Source: a virus (lineage: Duplodnaviria; Caudoviricetes). Taken from it: DNA of 64,000 bases. Below the pieces are notes generated by a model. That model had not been told where the DNA came from and made no database searches. It was given only the letters and a program-made list of their open reading frames with translations. Location of the stretch: positions 5,012-69,011 of IMG/VR virus record IMGVR_UViG_3300033416_000002; one strand, given 5' to 3'. This document shows, piece after piece, positions 62,055 to 64,000 of the stretch. Position numbers and translations under genes: made by a program. Numbering within the stretch: the first letter of the stretch is position 1; each line of letters starts with the position of its first letter.

Positions 62055-64000
62055 ACTCGCGGTCATCCTGAAGTTCGTTGACCAGGGAGTCACCCAGGGT
62101 CTTCAGCAGGTCCAGGTCCAGTTCGGCAAGCTGGGCGTGGGCTCGGCTCAGTTTGCCGCCAAGACGCAGGAACTCCAGGGCAAGCTCAACCAGCTCTCGA
62201 CTGCATCCCGCGTCTACGGCGATGTGACCTCCAAGCTGGGTAGCGTCGTCGGAGTGTTCAACAAGTCTACCGGCGAGTCGATGAAGGTCGTCGGTGGCTA
62301 CAGCAAGAACCTCGGCGAGGGCGCCAAGGCTGCCGCGAACATGGCAGGAGGGATCGGCACTCTCTCCAATGCCATGGGGAGCTATGCGCGCGAGACCGCG
62401 GTGGCCAACACCGCTACGGCCGAGGGCCTTCGCCGGGTCCAGCTGTTCTCAGAGGGTACCACCCAACTCAATACGGGCCTGACTCAGGGGGCCAGCCTGG
62501 CCGGTAAGTTTGCCGATGCCCAGTCTCGCTCGGGTCAGGCTCTTTCTTCGTTCTCCGGCTCGGTTGGGCCTGCCATCGGGGGAGTTGCCCAGCTCACCGG
62601 GGGCGTGGCTCAACTCGGCCAGGGTTTCATCCTCTTCAATCAGTACGCCAAGATGGCGGGTGATGAGGCCGTCTCTGGTGCCGCGAAGTACTCCACGCTC
62701 GGTGGGGCCATGCAGCAGTCGGGCCAGGGAGGTGCCCACCTCGCCAGCGGACTCTCGATCGTCGGCAAGATGGCAGGTATCGGGTCCAAGGGGGTGGCCA
62801 CCCTCGGCGGCACCTTCATGAAGTTGCTTGGTCCCATCGGAGCCATCCTCTCTGTCTTCGGGGCCCTCGGCGGGGCCATCAAGACCGTTGCTGACGCCAT
62901 GATGAAGGGCGAAAACGTCACCCTCGCCCTTGGCAAGGCCGCAATCCAACTCGGGGTCGCCATCGGGATCGCCGTGGGGATCATGTCGGGCGGACTCTCC
63001 GCTGTGATCGCCATAGTCGTTGCGGCCCTCATAGGCCTGCTGAAGATCCTGAAGAGCGTTATCGACAAGTTCACTGAGTTTGGAAAGCGCCTGACGACTG
63101 ACTTCGTGGGATTGAGCAAGGACGCGGTGGGGTCCGTCACCGACATGGGCAAGAAGATCATCGGGGTGGTGGACTCGGTGATCAAGCGGATCCCCGGACC
63201 CGTCTCGCAGGCCCGCAACACGATGGTGATGGCGGCCCAGGGGGCCTCTGCGAGCCTGAAGTTGATGGGCAACGTGGCGAACACGGTGACGGGTGGCATG
63301 ATCGGCCTGGCTGTGGCGATGAAGAGCCAGGACTCGATCATGAAGTCGTACAACCTCTCCATGGGCCAGCTCGGACTCAATGGAGAGCAGATGGTGAAAA
63401 CCATCTCGAAAGAGGCCATGGGTCTGGTGTCCATGACGGACATCATGGAGAAGACCAACACCGCTACGGCCCTGATAGGGACGAACGCACTGAAGTCGGC
63501 TGGTACGGTAGACGAGACCATGGCCCGGCTGGTGAAGATCTCCATGTCTGCCGCTCGGGCCACCGGGCAAGATGTGGAGTACATGTTCTCGTCGCTGATC
63601 ACGGGTATCGGTCGCGCCTCGCCGATGATTCTCGACAACCTCGGCCTCTCGCTCAAGCTGGGCACCGCCTATGATGAGGCAGCCAAGAAGCTGGGCAAGT
63701 CCGCTACGGCCATGACGGACGAGGAGAAGAAGGTTGCCCTGCTGAGCGCGGTCATCGAGCAGGGCGAGAAGAAGGTCAAGCAGTACGGCATCTCGAGCGG
63801 GGGTCTCTCCACTCAGATCCAGCGGCTGGGCGTGACCTTCCAGGACATCGGCTTCAAGCTCTCGCAGACCTTCATGGAGCCCGCGAAGCAGCTCTTCGCC
63901 ACGCTGAACCTCCTCGCGGATCAGGTCAGAAAGATCGTTCCTTTATTCGAGTTCATCGGCAAGATCTTTCAGATGATCCCGGCCCCCATCATCGAGGCGT
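62035..64000 (+). CDS. Tape measure protein, N-terminal part (3'-truncated)
   Basis: ATG at 62035 (MNEEQGELAVILKFVDQG), open to the window end; contains GIGRASPMILDNLG. Confidence 0.88.
   Translation, partial: MNEEQGELAVILKFVDQGVTQGLQQVQVQFGKLGVGSAQFAAKTQELQGKLNQLSTASRVYGDVTSKLGSVVGVFNKSTGESMKVVGGYSKNLGEGAKAAANMAGGIGTLSNAMGSYARETAVANTATAEGLRRVQLFSEGTTQLNTGLTQGASLAGKFADAQSRSGQALSSFSGSVGPAIGGVAQLTGGVAQLGQGFILFNQYAKMAGDEAVSGAAKYSTLGGAMQQSGQGGAHLASGLSIVGKMAGIGSKGVATLGGTFMKLLGPIGAILSVFGALGGAIKTVADAMMKGENVTLALGKAAIQLGVAIGIAVGIMSGGLSAVIAIVVAALIGLLKILKSVIDKFTEFGKRLTTDFVGLSKDAVGSVTDMGKKIIGVVDSVIKRIPGPVSQARNTMVMAAQGASASLKLMGNVANTVTGGMIGLAVAMKSQDSIMKSYNLSMGQLGLNGEQMVKTISKEAMGLVSMTDIMEKTNTATALIGTNALKSAGTVDETMARLVKISMSAARATGQDVEYMFSSLITGIGRASPMILDNLGLSLKLGTAYDEAAKKLGKSATAMTDEEKKVALLSAVIEQGEKKVKQYGISSGGLSTQIQRLGVTFQDIGFKLSQTFMEPAKQLFATLNLLADQVRKIVPLFEFIGKIFQMIPAPIIEA

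Noticed and set aside
63990-64000. Direct circular join of the window end to position 1
   Set aside because: The reading frames match, but the junction codon would be T+GA = TGA, a stop inside the tape measure, so sequence is missing between the ends.
1-64000. Stop-codon reassignment
   Set aside because: Terminase, portal, capsid and helicase are intact under code 11, and all three stops end genes with normal overlaps.

Overview
The window holds most of a GC-rich tailed dsDNA phage genome (siphovirus-like gene order). Essentially every credible gene is on the + strand. It is circularly permuted inside the tape-measure gene: the C-terminal part is at 3-2231, the N-terminal part at 62035-64000, and an unknown piece between them is missing. 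Order: tape measure C-term, distal tail, hub, lysis-like cassette 1 (membrane proteins, metallophosphoesterase, clan GH-A hydrolase, holin-like) | lower-GC control region with short repeats, promoters and a hairpin-rich leader (8.1-9.2 kb) | ~45 small early hypothetical ORFs (9.2-22.4 kb) | exonuclease, AAA ATPase, HTH initiator, DnaB-like helicase, TOPRIM primase | accessory and envelope genes including a TatA, a twin-arginine protein and a GH25 muramidase | terminase, portal, a cluster of very basic proteins carrying repeated LLE-HPGHPDQSVH motifs, MuF, a protease-scaffold-capsid fusion, neck, tail fibre, tail tube, chaperones, tape measure N-term. I see no integrase, DNA polymerase, RT, CRISPR or complete tRNA. 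Host is tentatively Chloroflexota (inference from the GH-A hydrolase style and a T/P-rich exported protein); this is not proven. Top candidates for new biology: (1) a putative protease-processed polyprotein system of basic capsid-cargo proteins, two carrying JAB-like motifs; (2) a phage tatA coupled to a twin-arginine substrate and a lysozyme; (3) a TSGTG-N18-TAGAAT late-promoter motif; (4) two structured RNA candidates. All product calls come from recognising motifs by eye; no database searches were run.
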